DNA of 64,000 nucleotides from Camelus dromedarius. Lineage: Eukaryota. A program made the translations under genes and the position numbers. Under the pieces are notes generated by a model. The model was not told where the DNA came from. It ran no database searches and saw only the letters and a program-made list of their open reading frames with translations. Every line of letters begins with the position of its first letter. The first letter of the stretch is position 1. The stretch spans positions 12,400,001-12,464,000 of the forward strand of contig NC_087436.1 of assembly GCF_036321535.1 (NCBI RefSeq). The letters run 5' to 3'. This document shows positions 37,156 to 50,076 of the stretch, one piece after another.

Positions 37156-39874
37156 AAACACCCAAAAGACCTGCAGCCCACCATGTGGTGCTTGAATTAT
37201 TTTGGTTTAATTATCATATCATAGAAATAAAAGCAGGAAAATCTCACAAAGTCAGATAGAATCATCTAACTACTAATAATTGATGCTTTATAAACTTCAA
37301 GATCCAGTCCAGTTTAAAATTTTTAATCTATAAGACTTTGATATTTCATTGGGAAAAATATTGCTTCTTCTAAAAACCCTTGTGACAAGAGATCCTTCTG
37401 ATGAGTCAGAGTTCTCTTGGCTCGAGGCTAAATCTCTGTTACACTGATTTTCCCTTTAGTCCATTTTAGCATTTTATTAATCTCTAGGTTTACTGATTTG
37501 CAATGTCTTACATTGCAAAAAAGATATGATCTCAACATCATTCTCAATCTGGGCTAGATAGGTTCCTATATATTTAAATTTTTTCTTTCATTACAGTAAG
37601 CAGAAATTTGTTAACTCTTTAAACAATTAATGCAGGTCTTGCTTTCTCATTAGCAAACCCGTATCAATCCTATAAGCTGGCGCTAATATTTCTGTTTAAT
37701 ATATAAAATACTCATTCTCTAACTTAATAATTAATTGATGCTGCCTAAAAATGTGTTTTTAGATAGTGTTACAGAGATACTTGGGTCAAGAGATAGCAGA
37801 ATTGAGACTAGGAGAGGTTCAAATTCAGCTACAAAATACAAATTTTAACCTCCCCTCTCGATGCTATGTGATGTTGTCATTAACTGTTCTATAACCAAAT
37901 TTTGAATAAAATCTTCTTTTGAAAACTTACTTTATTACTACATTTCAGATAACTTTTTCAAATGTAGAAGTAGGGCATACATAATAGGTTATAAAGCCAG
38001 TGACATTATACCAGCAAACTTTTTCTAAATGTCACAACTGTGTTAGTTTCACCCAAATGGCGGTATTTGTGTTATTTCTTGTTCTCTCCAAAAGGAGTGA
38101 GTTACTTCTAATTTATTTTCTTAATAATGTTCCTGGGCTGTCTGTTGGCCAGAGTCGAATAAATTTCATTTATTTAATAGTTTGTCTAATTCATGATTTT
38201 TATGCCTTTCATAAATTCCCAGATAGAAAACTAAGTGACTATAAACCTGATCTGCAGTTCACCTCTGCAAGGCAGCCCGGGGAAAAGCATCTCTTTACAA
38301 AGGTCTTGATTTTTAACAAAACCTAGGCATGTGGGTGAGGGTACCAGTCAAGCCAGAAGTGTCCTAATGTGAGGGAGTAAATGGTGAAGCCAGGACTCTA
38401 GAACTGGGGTCAGGATGGGTAAAGCTTCCTTACTCTTTATGATGATCTCCTTCCCGGCTTAGCTGTGCCAAATTGAAAACACTAATAAACGTTACCCAAA
38501 TATCTTCCTATCTCAGCATTTAAGTTACTCAGTCTCTAAAGCCATGTCAGGAATCTAAAGAAAAGAGTCAGTGTGCTTAAAAGGAAATGGGCCAGTTCAT
38601 AAATACGGATAGACCCTTATACGTAATCTCATCACACTCCTGGAAAACATATGCTAAAGAGTTACAGCCTGAAACCTCATTAAAGGCCACACTGTTATCC
38701 TTTACAGAGCTGCCTTCACAGGGTTCAAGTAGTAACAAAAGAAATAACTGACCTTGTTTCTTTGCCTGGCAAGCAGTATGCTTGTGCAGAACCTGCAAGT
38801 TTCTACGTGCAATAAATTCAGAAGACTGAGAAACATATGTCCTAACCTTTATTCTCCACTGATATCCAAAATTTTAGGAGTGGTAATTCATCTCATTGAG
38901 TTAAATATTTTTTTTCCTATTGAAGTGAAAACACACTATCTCAAACTTACCATTGAGACTCCATTAACTTGATCTTTTCCAATGGACCAGCCAGCTAAAA
39001 ATAAATCCCTGATGAAGGAGACATATAATTAGATGTGATGAATACAAGGTATTCATGAAATTAGCAGGAGAATGTATCCAACTGCCAGTTGGACTTCTAG
39101 GATTGGAGCGAAAATGTGACAGCTAATTCAGAGATAAAAATTTAGATTAGTCGGGATGTCATTGACAGTGGTTGGCAGAGGGAATTGAGGATACTTGAGG
39201 AATACCAGCATTTTGAACATGACATTGTGTTTTTCTCTGAATATATAAATCAAATATAATTATGTCATAAAAATTTGAATACAGAAAAAATGAAGAACAA
39301 AAGTTCTGCAACACAGAGATAATCATTTTAATACTTTGAATTATAATTCTCTAGTAGTTACTATGTGTATCTGTATATTCTTCTTCTAAATAGAATTAGT
39401 AGCTTTTTTTTACCTCTTAACAAATGGAAAGCACATACCAAAAATGGGCAGGAACGTAGATTAGAAAACAAACTGCTGGAACCTCTTTTGCACTGAGATC
39501 AGTCACAAACATATCTGTAGCATACAATGTGTAGAATTTAGATTAGTTGATTAAAGGATGTATGCATTTAAAAATGGAAGCATAAAAATTTGCCAAATTT
39601 CATTCCAAAGAATTTACACCTAAATTTATGGAATGTCATCAACTGCATATAAATATGTTTACTAAAGTGTGCATGATCAAACTTTTGGAAATTTGATTCT
39701 CTAATAGGTAAAAATTATAATCTTATGTTTGAATATGCGTACTTAACAAGGAGTAGTTTTGAATATCAATACCTGTATCAGTACGGTTTTACCCATTGTT
39801 ACTGATTTATCCTTTGCCTGTAACATGTATTTTTTTCAGCTTTATTGAGACGTAACTGGTTATATAACATTGTG

Positions 39875-40399
39875 ATCAGGCTGTTCTGTTCCACACACAC
39901 CCCCAGCCAGAGCTCACGCTGCCCTCCAGTCCCCTGAGGCTGCCTCTGTGCGGTGGGCCCCAGCCCTCTGCCCCGGCTCCTCACTGATTTCCAGTAGCCC
40001 GTCCCAGCTCGTCCCTGCAGGCTCGTGTCTATGGCCTGGGATCGCAGGGACCCTCCGTGTCAGTTTCCCTGGGTTCTGTCTGCTGTCAATTTCTCCTCTG
40101 AGCCTCGGAAGCTCTGCTTTTGTCCCCACTGACCTCTCAGTTGGAGAGGGGACATCCCAGCATGAGGGTGCCTATGCCACTCTCTCCCTGCAGGATTGGT
40201 CCTGCACCAATTTTTAATTTTTCCTTTTTTTTTCTTACTGGATTTTGTGAGAATCCTTCTGTATTTCAAAACGAGAATATTCTGCCAGATTTCAGTAGGT
40301 TTCTGTGTGATTCAGTAGGTATGTAGATGTAATTATTGGTGTATTTGTGGGAGAGGGTGAGCTGTGAGTCTCTCTACTCTGCCATGTTGGCTCTGTCTC
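39875..40399 (-). mobile_element. L1 5'UTR including the 5' terminus
   Basis: Minus strand from 40399 reads gagacagagccaacatggcagagtagagagactcacagctcaccctctcccacaaatacacc, resembling an artiodactyl L1 5' end with a YY1-like site. GC-rich. Confidence 0.7.
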
Positions 40400-41528
40400 A
40401 TAAACTTATAAGCTTTTGCACAGCAAAGGGAACCATAAGCCAAACAAAAAGATAACCTTGGGAGTGGGAGAAAATATTTGCAAATGATGCGACTGACAGA
40501 GTTTTCATTTCCAACACATATAAACAGCTCATACAGCTTAATAACAAAAACCAAATAATCCAATCCAAAAATGGACAGAAGACCTAAACAAGCAATTCTC
40601 AAATGAAGACATACAAATGGCCAATAGGCACATGAAAAAATGCTTAATATCACTAATTATCAGAGAAATGCAAATCAAAACTACAATGAAGTATCACCTC
40701 ACACTAGTCAGAATGACCATCATTAAATAATCTACCAACGATGAATGTCGAAGAGGGTGTGGAGAAAAGGGAACCCTCCTACACTGTTGGTGGGAATGTA
40801 GTTTGGTGCAGCCATTATGGAAAACAGTATGGAGTTTCCTCAAAAAACTAAAAATGTACTTACCATACGATCCAGCAATCCCGCTTCTAGGCATATATCT
40901 GGAGGGAACTCTAATTCAAAAAGATACATGCACCTCAATGTTCATAGCAGCACTGTTATATACAGTAACCAAGACATGGAAGCAACCTTAATGTCCATTG
41001 ACAGATAACTGGATAAAGAAATTGTGGTATATTTATGCAATGGAGTACTGCTCAGCTATATAAAGAATAAAATAATGCCATTTGTACCAACATGGTTGGA
41101 CTTGCAGATCGCCATTCTAGATGAAGTAAGCCAGAAAGAGAAAGAAAAATGTTATTTGATGTCACTCATGTGTGGAATCTAAAGAAAAGAATAAAAGAAG
41201 ACACTAATGAACTTATCTACAAAACAGAAACAGACTCAAAGACATAGTAAACAATCTGATGGTTACTGGAGGGAAAGAGGGTGGAAAGGGATAAATGGGA
41301 GTTTGAGATTTGCAAATATTAACTACTATATATAAAAAAAGATAAAAAAACAAAATTTTTCTGTATAACACAGGTAACTACATTCAATATCTTGTAATAA
41401 GTTTTAATGAAAAAGAATATGAAAACGAATATATGTATGTATGTGTATGACAAGGACATTATAGTGTACACCAGAAATCAACATATTGTAACTGACTATA
41501 CTTCAATTTAAAACATAGTTTAAAAAAA
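40400..41528 (+). mobile_element. L1 3' end (ORF2 C-terminus, 3'UTR, polyA)
   Basis: Peptide [27 protein letters not shown]. 3'UTR similar to the 4448-5296 copy. A tail at ~41522. Confidence 0.92.
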
Positions 41529-41529
41529 G

Positions 41530-43036
41530 GCTTAGTGTTGTTAGAATTCAGTTCTTCCTAATTCGATCTATAGAGCCAATGTAACCTCAACCATAATTCT
41601 AGAGTGTTTTTCTATAGAAACTGACAAGCTGGTTCTAAAATTTACATGGAAATGCAAAGGCCTGAGTATGGCCAAAATTATATCGCAAAAAAAGCACAAA
41701 TTTGGTAAATATAATTACAAGATTTTAAGCTACACAGTAATCTAGACAGTGGTATTAGTTTAAGGATAGACAAATAGATCAAGTAGATATAATAGTCAGG
41801 AATATTTCTATGCATTTATAGTTAATTAATTTTTAACAAGGATGCCAGGGTAATTCAATGTGGGAAATTAATTTAATCATTGGTGCCAGAAGAATTGGAT
41901 AAAGATATGAAAAATTAATAAATTCCAAACACAAATATTAATTGAGATGAATCCTGGATGTAAAAGCTAAAAGTATAAGGCTTCTGGGAAAACATAGTAT
42001 CTTTCTGGCTTTGGGGTAAATAATTAGAGTTCTCAGAGAGGACACAAAAAAAAACATTAAAAGAGAAACTGATAAATTGAACTTGATCAAAATTAAAAAC
42101 TTTTATCATTTCCTGTGAAAAATCATTTGTGACACATGTATTTGGGAGAATATATCCAGATTATAAATATATATCCAGAATTTAGAAAGACCCACAACTC
42201 AATTAAAAAAAAGACAATTAAATCCAATTTTTTTAAATGCACAATAGACATGAATAGTCATGTCTCCAAAGAAGATATATGAACGGTGAATAAGCATAAG
42301 AAGAGGTGATCAAATTGTCAATCCTCAGAGAAGTGCAGCTCAAAGACACGGTGGGATTTCCAGTACAATAGAAAAGAATTTAAAAATCTGACAACACTAA
42401 ATGTTGCAAAGTATGGAGCAACTGGATCTCTCATATTTTTTCAAGTGAGAGTGTAACACCATTTGAAAAATGCTTTGGTTGTTTCTTATATAAAGTTAAC
42501 TATATATCTACTCCATGACCTAGTAATTCAGCTGCTTGGATTTTCCTGAGGAACATAAAAATATATGTCCACAAAGAGACTTAGGAAAAAATATTTATAG
42601 CAGATTTAGTCATAACAACCCAAACCTTGAAATAATCCAAATGTCTATCAAGAGGAGAGTAGATAAATAAATTGTAGTGTAGTCATACAATTGAATATGA
42701 CCCCATAATAAAATAAAAATGAATGAATGACATGACAACATGGATGAATCTCCAAATCACTATATTATGTAAAAGATGCCAGAGACCAAACAGTCCATAA
42801 TCTGTGTTTCCATGTGTATGAAGTTGAAGAATAGAGATAATTAATTTATGGTTTGCTATTAAGATAGGGTGGAAATTGACTGGAAATGGACATGAAAGAA
42901 ACTATGAAGTGATTAAAATAGTCTATATTTTGACAGAGGTAAATGGTTCCATATGTGTATATAGTTGTCAACACACATGGAATCATGTGCCCAAATCTGT
43001 GAATTTAGCTGTAAATTTTATTTTAATTAAAGTATA
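41530..43036 (+). mobile_element. Old L1 (L1MB/L1MC-like) 3' portion
   Basis: Degenerate ORF2 and 3'UTR (gaaactgacaagctggttctaaaatttacatggaaatgcaaagg, catggatgaatctc). Confidence 0.8.
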
Positions 43037-45025
43037 AAATGGTAGGGGATTGACGCTGTGTGCTGGGGCTGGCTGGAGTTTCAGCAATGCTGCAGAAATT
43101 CAGGAATCGTCCAGGCAGTTGGTACCCATTAGATCCACCCAAAGTGGGCAAACAGGAAAATACTGGGGTCTTCTACTCCCTTTTCTTAGAATGTTGTCTG
43201 CTCTTTCCCCTTCACGTCTCCCTCTCTCCACAGAGAACACTCCCTCACATATTCCTCGTTCTCAACAGGATGAAAAACAGGAAGTAATTATCACAAGAAT
43301 TTACTATTTTCAGGCTCAGAAAACTTACGTAATTATGTATTGAATGAATATACTCCCAGCTACTAAAAAATAATTAAATGAACATGTTCTAGAGAGTTAT
43401 GAGAGCTTGCAGGTGATTTTAACTAAGGAGTGCTCATTGCTGCCGTAAGCGTACACAGTTTACGTCAGGAGATGCTTATCTGGGATTTTCCACCTTGGTC
43501 TAGGACTCCACACTCCGCGCTGCTATCCACATTGCTGCGGTCATTTCTTTGCCCCTCCCTCCCTCTCTTCCCACTGTTTCTGCTTCCTGGTTCGGTCTAG
43601 GCCCTGCCCAGATGTTGACACTTAGTTCCATGATCCCTTTAAGACTCGGCTCCCTTGAACTTGGCCGTTGCTCTGGACTCTCCAGCTTTAAACCTTGCCT
43701 GACGCAGATTTCATCTACTGGCCTTCCTTGCTTCACCTGCTCCTTGGAGCCCCGCTCACCTCACCTGTCCTTCCAGCCAGTCTGTGTCAGTGGAAGACAG
43801 ACCTGGGGAGGAGGACAGCAGGAGAGAGGAACTGATGAGAGAGACTTAGGCTTGGGAATAACAGAAGCTATTGGCAGGAATGCTGTTAGTTTGTTGATCA
43901 CTGTGAGTTCCCTGCAAGGATGACATAACTCCCTTGCACAGTCATACCTTTAAGAATGTGCTGGTGGGCAAAGCGTAATCAGTAAGAGACGGTGAATAAT
44001 ATATCAGTGCAGGTGATTAGCACTAGCAGCAAAACTGCTCAAGGCATATGCTCAGCTCTGCTTTTCATAAAAATAACACCATAGCACAACATGAACAGTT
44101 CCAAAATTCCATTAGTATTCTTTAAACTGTATCCACCAAAAAAAAAAAAAAAAAAAAGGCTACTAGGACCTGTATTTTAATGAATACTCATGACTATAAT
44201 CATCTGTTTCATGTCTTGGAATGTCATGACAATTACAAATAATTTTCATGAGAGTTTCATCTAACTTTAGACTTTCAAGCTAAACAGCAGAAAATAAGTA
44301 TAAAATCTTTATCATGGAAACAAATCTCCTGTGGAGCTTTAGAGGTTGTAAGCTATGAAGTATACTGTAGCTGTCCATTTGTGAGGTTTTTTGTGCCTTT
44401 CACAAAAACGATGATAGCAATTGCTTACATGCGGTTGTCCTTGTAGTAAGTAGGAAGCTTTTATTTCCAGTAAATCACTTTTCCCGGAACAAAAAGGCAG
44501 AAGAAATTCTTCAGCGTCAAACTGTTTTTATTAGTGCAGCGAATCTAAAATTACATTATCTCTGTTCTCCTTGCCCCTGTTGCTGTATCCCTCAATATGG
44601 TTAAGTCCGATGGAATCCAGATCTCACTGTAGATCTCTTTTGACTGATGGTATTTGGCTCCAACTTAATCTACACAGTGCACTCAGCAGTCCTGACTCTA
44701 AGTATGTCCCTTGAATCTACTTTTCTCTCCCCTTCAATTGCATTCTCAAAACAAGACTCCGATTTTCTTCTATCAGAGAACAGGAATAATTGCACAAGAG
44801 ACCTACGTGTCCTTAGAGGCTGATTGCGGCTTATTCTATCCTGATAGATGACATCATTTCTAAATGTGTTGGTGTTCAAAATGATAAGCACCAGGTTGAT
44901 ATGTGTTATCTTCTCTTATCAACTGGTTGGAGAAAATTGGTTACACTCACCAAGGAGCTTTTATGCAAATGTATGCAAAGCAGTTTATATTCAAATTATT
45001 TTTGTGCAAATTTCAGAACACATTC

Positions 45026-45071
45026 CCCCACCCTCCTCACCCTGCCCCACCCTCCTCACCCTGCCCCACCC
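45026..45071. repeat. 19-bp C-rich tandem repeat (2.4 copies); G-quadruplex-capable on the minus strand
   Basis: ccccaccctcctcaccctg x2 plus ccccaccc. Confidence 0.85.
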
Positions 45072-47304
45072 ACAGCCCAGTGATAGTTAACTTCTGTAGG
45101 ACCATGAGAGGAACAGTATGTCATATGGAAAAAGGTTAATAATCACTGTTAGATGGTTGAATGTTTTGTACAGACAATGTATGATATTGAATGATAATGT
45201 ACATCAGGGTTTTTTTTTTATAATTAAATATGTGTGTATTTCTGCATATATACACACACATGTATTTTTTTTTTACAATGTGTGTTACTTTCCTATGAGG
45301 ACAAAAAATAAAGATATTCACTTGCTTTTTCTTTTTTTCTTTTGAAGATAATGAAAGCACTTTTAAATTTTAATGTGACAACTCATACTTGTATCATGAT
45401 CAGATATGTGGTGTTTTCAAGTAATTTGTTAAAGTGTTGAAACTGGGTAATGATTTGTTTATAAAGGAGAGTTGATTCAAGATTAGTCATTTCTGTTTAC
45501 TTCCATTCAATTACACATTCACAAATTAACAAAAAAGAGTTGGAATTATAGAGAACATGTGTATTGCCATAACCCAGTTATCTTTCCTATAAACTCTTTC
45601 ATACCCAGGAGAACTTGTAAAGTCTATGGACATCTGACCAGTGTACCAAGACAGAAAAAGGTCAATGGTCTAACAGACAGGTGCCTTTTATAAATCTTCA
45701 CAAATCAACATTTAGTAACCCTTTTGTTAAATTAAATTCCTACCTTTGTTTAATGTTGTAAGACAGACGGATATTTGAATTCTCCACCATTTTTGTATTT
45801 TTTCTTCATGGTCTTGGTTTTCTTAAGGAAAAGTAAACTCTTTATTTTTTTGCTGCCACATAATTTAATATTTAATCTCTCATGAACTTGAAAATGTTGA
45901 AGATTTTTTTCTCCCTGAAGCACCATTTCCTTTGCTCATCCCAGGAAGCTAACCCAGAAGGCATATCCCTCTGTAGTTTTTAGATTGTTGTTTTCAAAGC
46001 TTTAGTATAATCCCCTCTTCCTGTATTCCAATCAATCTACCATAGGAAAAAATGATCTTTACTTATATTTTACTCCTTGGTCCACCTGGACTGATAGGCT
46101 AGTTTTAAAGAGTATCTTTAACACATTGGCCTGGATAAGAGATTAAAAAAAAAAAAAAAGATCTAGTTAACTTGCATCACTGCAACTCTGAAGAACCCAG
46201 AGGTACAGAGAAGAAGAGGATGCAGTTGAAACTAGAAATCACATCATTTGGGCAGTTCTCAAGATTTCCAGATTCTCAGAGAGCAATTAAGTGCCATATT
46301 CTGAACTCTCCCCTTGTATCTCAGGGGCTGGAAACCTAAGAACTACATTTCTTCAAATCCCTGCCAGCAAGAATTGAGTTCTATTTCACAAGTGCGGGAT
46401 ACTCACATGAATTTTGGAAAGCGTAAAAGAAGCAAAAGACATGACCGAGTCTATGGGAATGTGGCTTAAGCAGGAGGTAATAATATTTTCACAGATCAAT
46501 CTGTGCTGTTTCCTGTGTTTTGTCCACACTCCTGCTGTAGATATTAGTTGTGGTTTCCTGCAATTTTGCACTTCCTGGTTTCCTCAATGCCAGTGGAGGC
46601 TCCTCCTAACCTTCACCTTTCCAGCTCCTCCATTGGTTTTGTAAGATTTTGATTTCTTGTATTAAATGACCTTTTGCTAGAAATACTTATAATGGCTTCT
46701 CCTTAGCTGTCTGAATCATGACTAATATACACTTCACTGGCTGCTCCGTGCTTCCCTTGTACAAGGTTCTAGATAATTCTGAGTGAGCCATAAATGGAGT
46801 CTATGAATAGCATTCATTTCGACTATGCAAATGTCTATCTTTAATGACCTTCAAAAAATAAAACCAATCTAATCCTGAACAAATATGCATCATTATTGGA
46901 TTCCTACATGGCTAAGACCTTACTTTTCTACAAGTTGTATGATAAAAGTGGGAAAAGCATACCGTTTACATCTTTATGGATGTATATCTTCACATCCACT
47001 TTTATATTTACTTGACTCATCAACTCAGCTTCCTTGATGGATATTGACTGAGCAGTAACTTAGTGCCAGGAACTGAACGTACCTGTGATACCACAATGAT
47101 TTAAACAGTCCCCATTCCCTGCTTTCATGTGCTTCATATGCAGCAAAGATTGGGAAAAGAGAGAATCTTCAAGGGGCAAAACATACAGATACAGCCAGGT
47201 ACTAAACAGCCTTCCAAATCATGAAAAGATTTTGACATAAGAATGATGAGGGGACACTGAAGAGTTTTCATCAGAGAAGTGATTTGATAAAATCTGAGTT
47301 TTTG

Positions 47305-47429
47305 TATTCTGAGGGGGAGGTAATTAGATTTCTTCATTGATTTCCACTTGAAGGAGGTACTGGGGATTGATCCCAGGACCTCTTGGGTGCTGAGCATGCC
47401 TCTACCATTTGAGCTATACCCTTCCCCCA
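47305..47429 (-). mobile_element. tRNA-derived SINE (camelid type) inserted in an L2 remnant
   Basis: Minus strand GGGGGAAGGGTATAGCTCAAATGGTAGAG (A box) ... GGGATCAATCCCCAG (B box). Perfect 18-bp TSD ataaaatctgagtttttg at 47287-47304 / 47430-47447. Confidence 0.92.
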
Positions 47430-48109
47430 ATAAAATCTGAGTTTTTGAAAAATCACTCGGACTAGTGGGTAAATGTTGGATTGGATAGGAAAACGATGAG
47501 ACACAGAAAGAACTATTAGGAAGTTGCTACATTAAACCAGATGAGAGATACAGGGGTCCCGGGAAATAATCACAGCCTGAACTATGGTGGGGAACACAGG
47601 GATGGGGAAAAGTGAGTTGATTCAAGAAACATCTAGGAATTAGAACAAAATGTGAGAATTGATTGGACTTGTTGATAAAGAGACAGAAGAGTCAAGAGTG
47701 ACTTCAAAGCGTGGCTTTTGCGAACTGGGTAGATAGCAGTGTCATGATTGGGACAGGAAAACAAAGTGGAGGTGGGGCGGGGTGTGGATCACAATGGCAA
47801 GTTGTGACCTAGGCATGCTGGGTTTGCTCTGCTGGTGAGACACCACGTGGGCATGTCAAGAGGGCTGACAGAGATTCAGGTCTGATGTTCAAAAGAAAAG
47901 TCTGAGCTGAACATAGAGATTCAGGCACTGTCAGAATATGGATTATAATTGTAGCCACAGAAGTGAGTCCATGACTCAGGTTCCTTACAGACCCCATGGA
48001 GCGTGCGCTAGACTAACTGTCCGGGAGCCACCGTTATTTCCCCTTCTTTAGTTGTGTCAAAGGCTGACGATCGCATCTTGGACAGGCATTCTGACATAAA
48101 ATAGTGCAC

Positions 48110-50076
48110 ATTTCTCTAACTTCCCCAATTCTTTTTATTTCAACACATCAAATCACTACATAAATGACATTTTATTGATGAGTTAACAGAATTAATTAGA
48201 TCACATATATTAATTAGATTCTAATAATTTACTATGACCACAGGTGGTACAGTAGCATGCACATTTCCTACAGTTTAAGAATTCTCCAAGAGGGAAAAAA
48301 ACCTTTAACCACAATTATCTATTAGCATCTCAAGCAAAGTAACTGCTATTTAAAAGACAAAAAGCTTCTTCTTAGACAGTTACATCAGGTCCAAGAGAAA
48401 AATGAATTCTTCAGTTATATATTACAGATATACATTATTAACTTCTTATTCAGTCTTATACCCAATCTAACTTCCACTGTTTCCATTCTTTTTCAGTTTC
48501 CTAAAAGTGCAGTGCAGTTCAAGATCAGTCTTTTATTTCTAGCATGGAAATAATTCCATAAAAGCTGTAATATAAATTTTATATGTAGCCATAAAATAAA
48601 TCTCTCCTGTTCATAAAGTTAATGTTTGTAACTAAATGCGATAGTCATGCTGAATTGACTTAAAATTTAAAGAATCTATTCACAAGTTCAGGTATACTTA
48701 TAAAAATATGATTATAATGAAACTTCTTTAACAGCCTCCAACTATTTTAACAGCTATTTTAACATCTCAATTATTTTTCATGAACATAATAGAGTTTTAA
48801 GCATCTTTGGTTGGATACTATTGAAATAAAAATGTATTTATGAAATCATTGAAAAAAAAAAAGGTACTATAGCATCTATGTTCCACCCTTTATAGGTAAA
48901 ATTATATTATGTATGTATTCATAAGTTATCCAAAAATACAGCTAATTATTTTGAGAAGCAGATAATTTTTGTTGAAATTGGTCCAAGCAGAACATTTTCA
49001 AAGTGGAACAAATGTAATGTTTTTAACAGTTCTTACCAGATGGGTGCCATTCTGATGTTCTATTGTTTTATGAATCATGAATGTGTCCATGGAAGATGAA
49101 TTTCAGAAAAAATAACACTGCAGTAAACACATTAGAGCTATGTACCTGCGCAAAACTGCTTACAAATCACACCAAAATGTTACAAAATGCCATGAAACTA
49201 TTTTCTAATCTGATTTAATTTTTAGTGAGGACAAACTCAGCTCCAGCAGAGGAAAAATATGTGTTCAAAAAGTTGTAACACTTAAGCAATGAGTTAAAGT
49301 ATTGAGTTGCATGCTTCTTTATTCTGTAAATAGTAACTGTATGAAGCAGGGACAACTTGAAATGAGAAGTTAAATAATGGTTTGCATTTCTCTGAGAACT
49401 TCAGCCTTCAATTCTAAGTTGAAGAAACTTTTCATTAAATGTGCATTTGTTTTTACAAAAACAATTGGTTAATTGGGTGGTAAAAACTTCCCCCATCATT
49501 TGCCAAAATACTAATTACATAGCAAATTTCAGTTTATTTCCTTGAAGTCATTCAAATAGTTGGTAACATTTACCTGCAGCATACATAGGAAGAATAACAA
49601 AAAGCCAAAATATAATAGAGAAACGTCTGTGGCATTCTAGGGAAGTTGGTATTGGTAGCCTTTTCATCAGATGAGGGGGGAGCAGCGAATTACACGTCAT
49701 CCCCAATCTCTGCCCTCATGTGATCTGGAAGTCAACTTATTTACCCACCATCTTTTAGCAATACTGACACCACCAACTCCATGTTCCTGTTTCCTTCACC
49801 CTGGGAAACAGTTAAAAGCATTTCTCTCTGCTTTTACTCATAATTCAACCTACCATCCAAGCAACTGTAAGCAAACTTTTGCTGCCTCATTGAATCTGAG
49901 TGTTTTTACCTACACTCTGCCAACCAGTTTTCCACGAGTTACATTGCAGATGCTTCCATTCAGATGCTCTTTTTCTTCCTTAAAATGGAAAATCAGGAGG
50001 CACCTGAATGCCCTCCTCAACCAGATTGACAGCTCTGGTCAGAATTCATCCATCTATTTTCACACGGCAGTTGCCC
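48110..50076 (-). other. NPY2R: Probable NPY2R 3'UTR with candidate polyadenylation signals
   Basis: AT-rich, repeat-free stretch after the stop codon. Minus-strand AATAAA at 48171-48176 and 48134-48139, with others near 48533, 49318 and 49533. The true 3' end is inferred. Confidence 0.5.

Noticed and set aside
47340..47429. tRNA-like A/B boxes here and at ~58150-58217
   Set aside because: They have TSDs and tails and no complete cloverleaf, so they are SINEs rather than tRNA genes.
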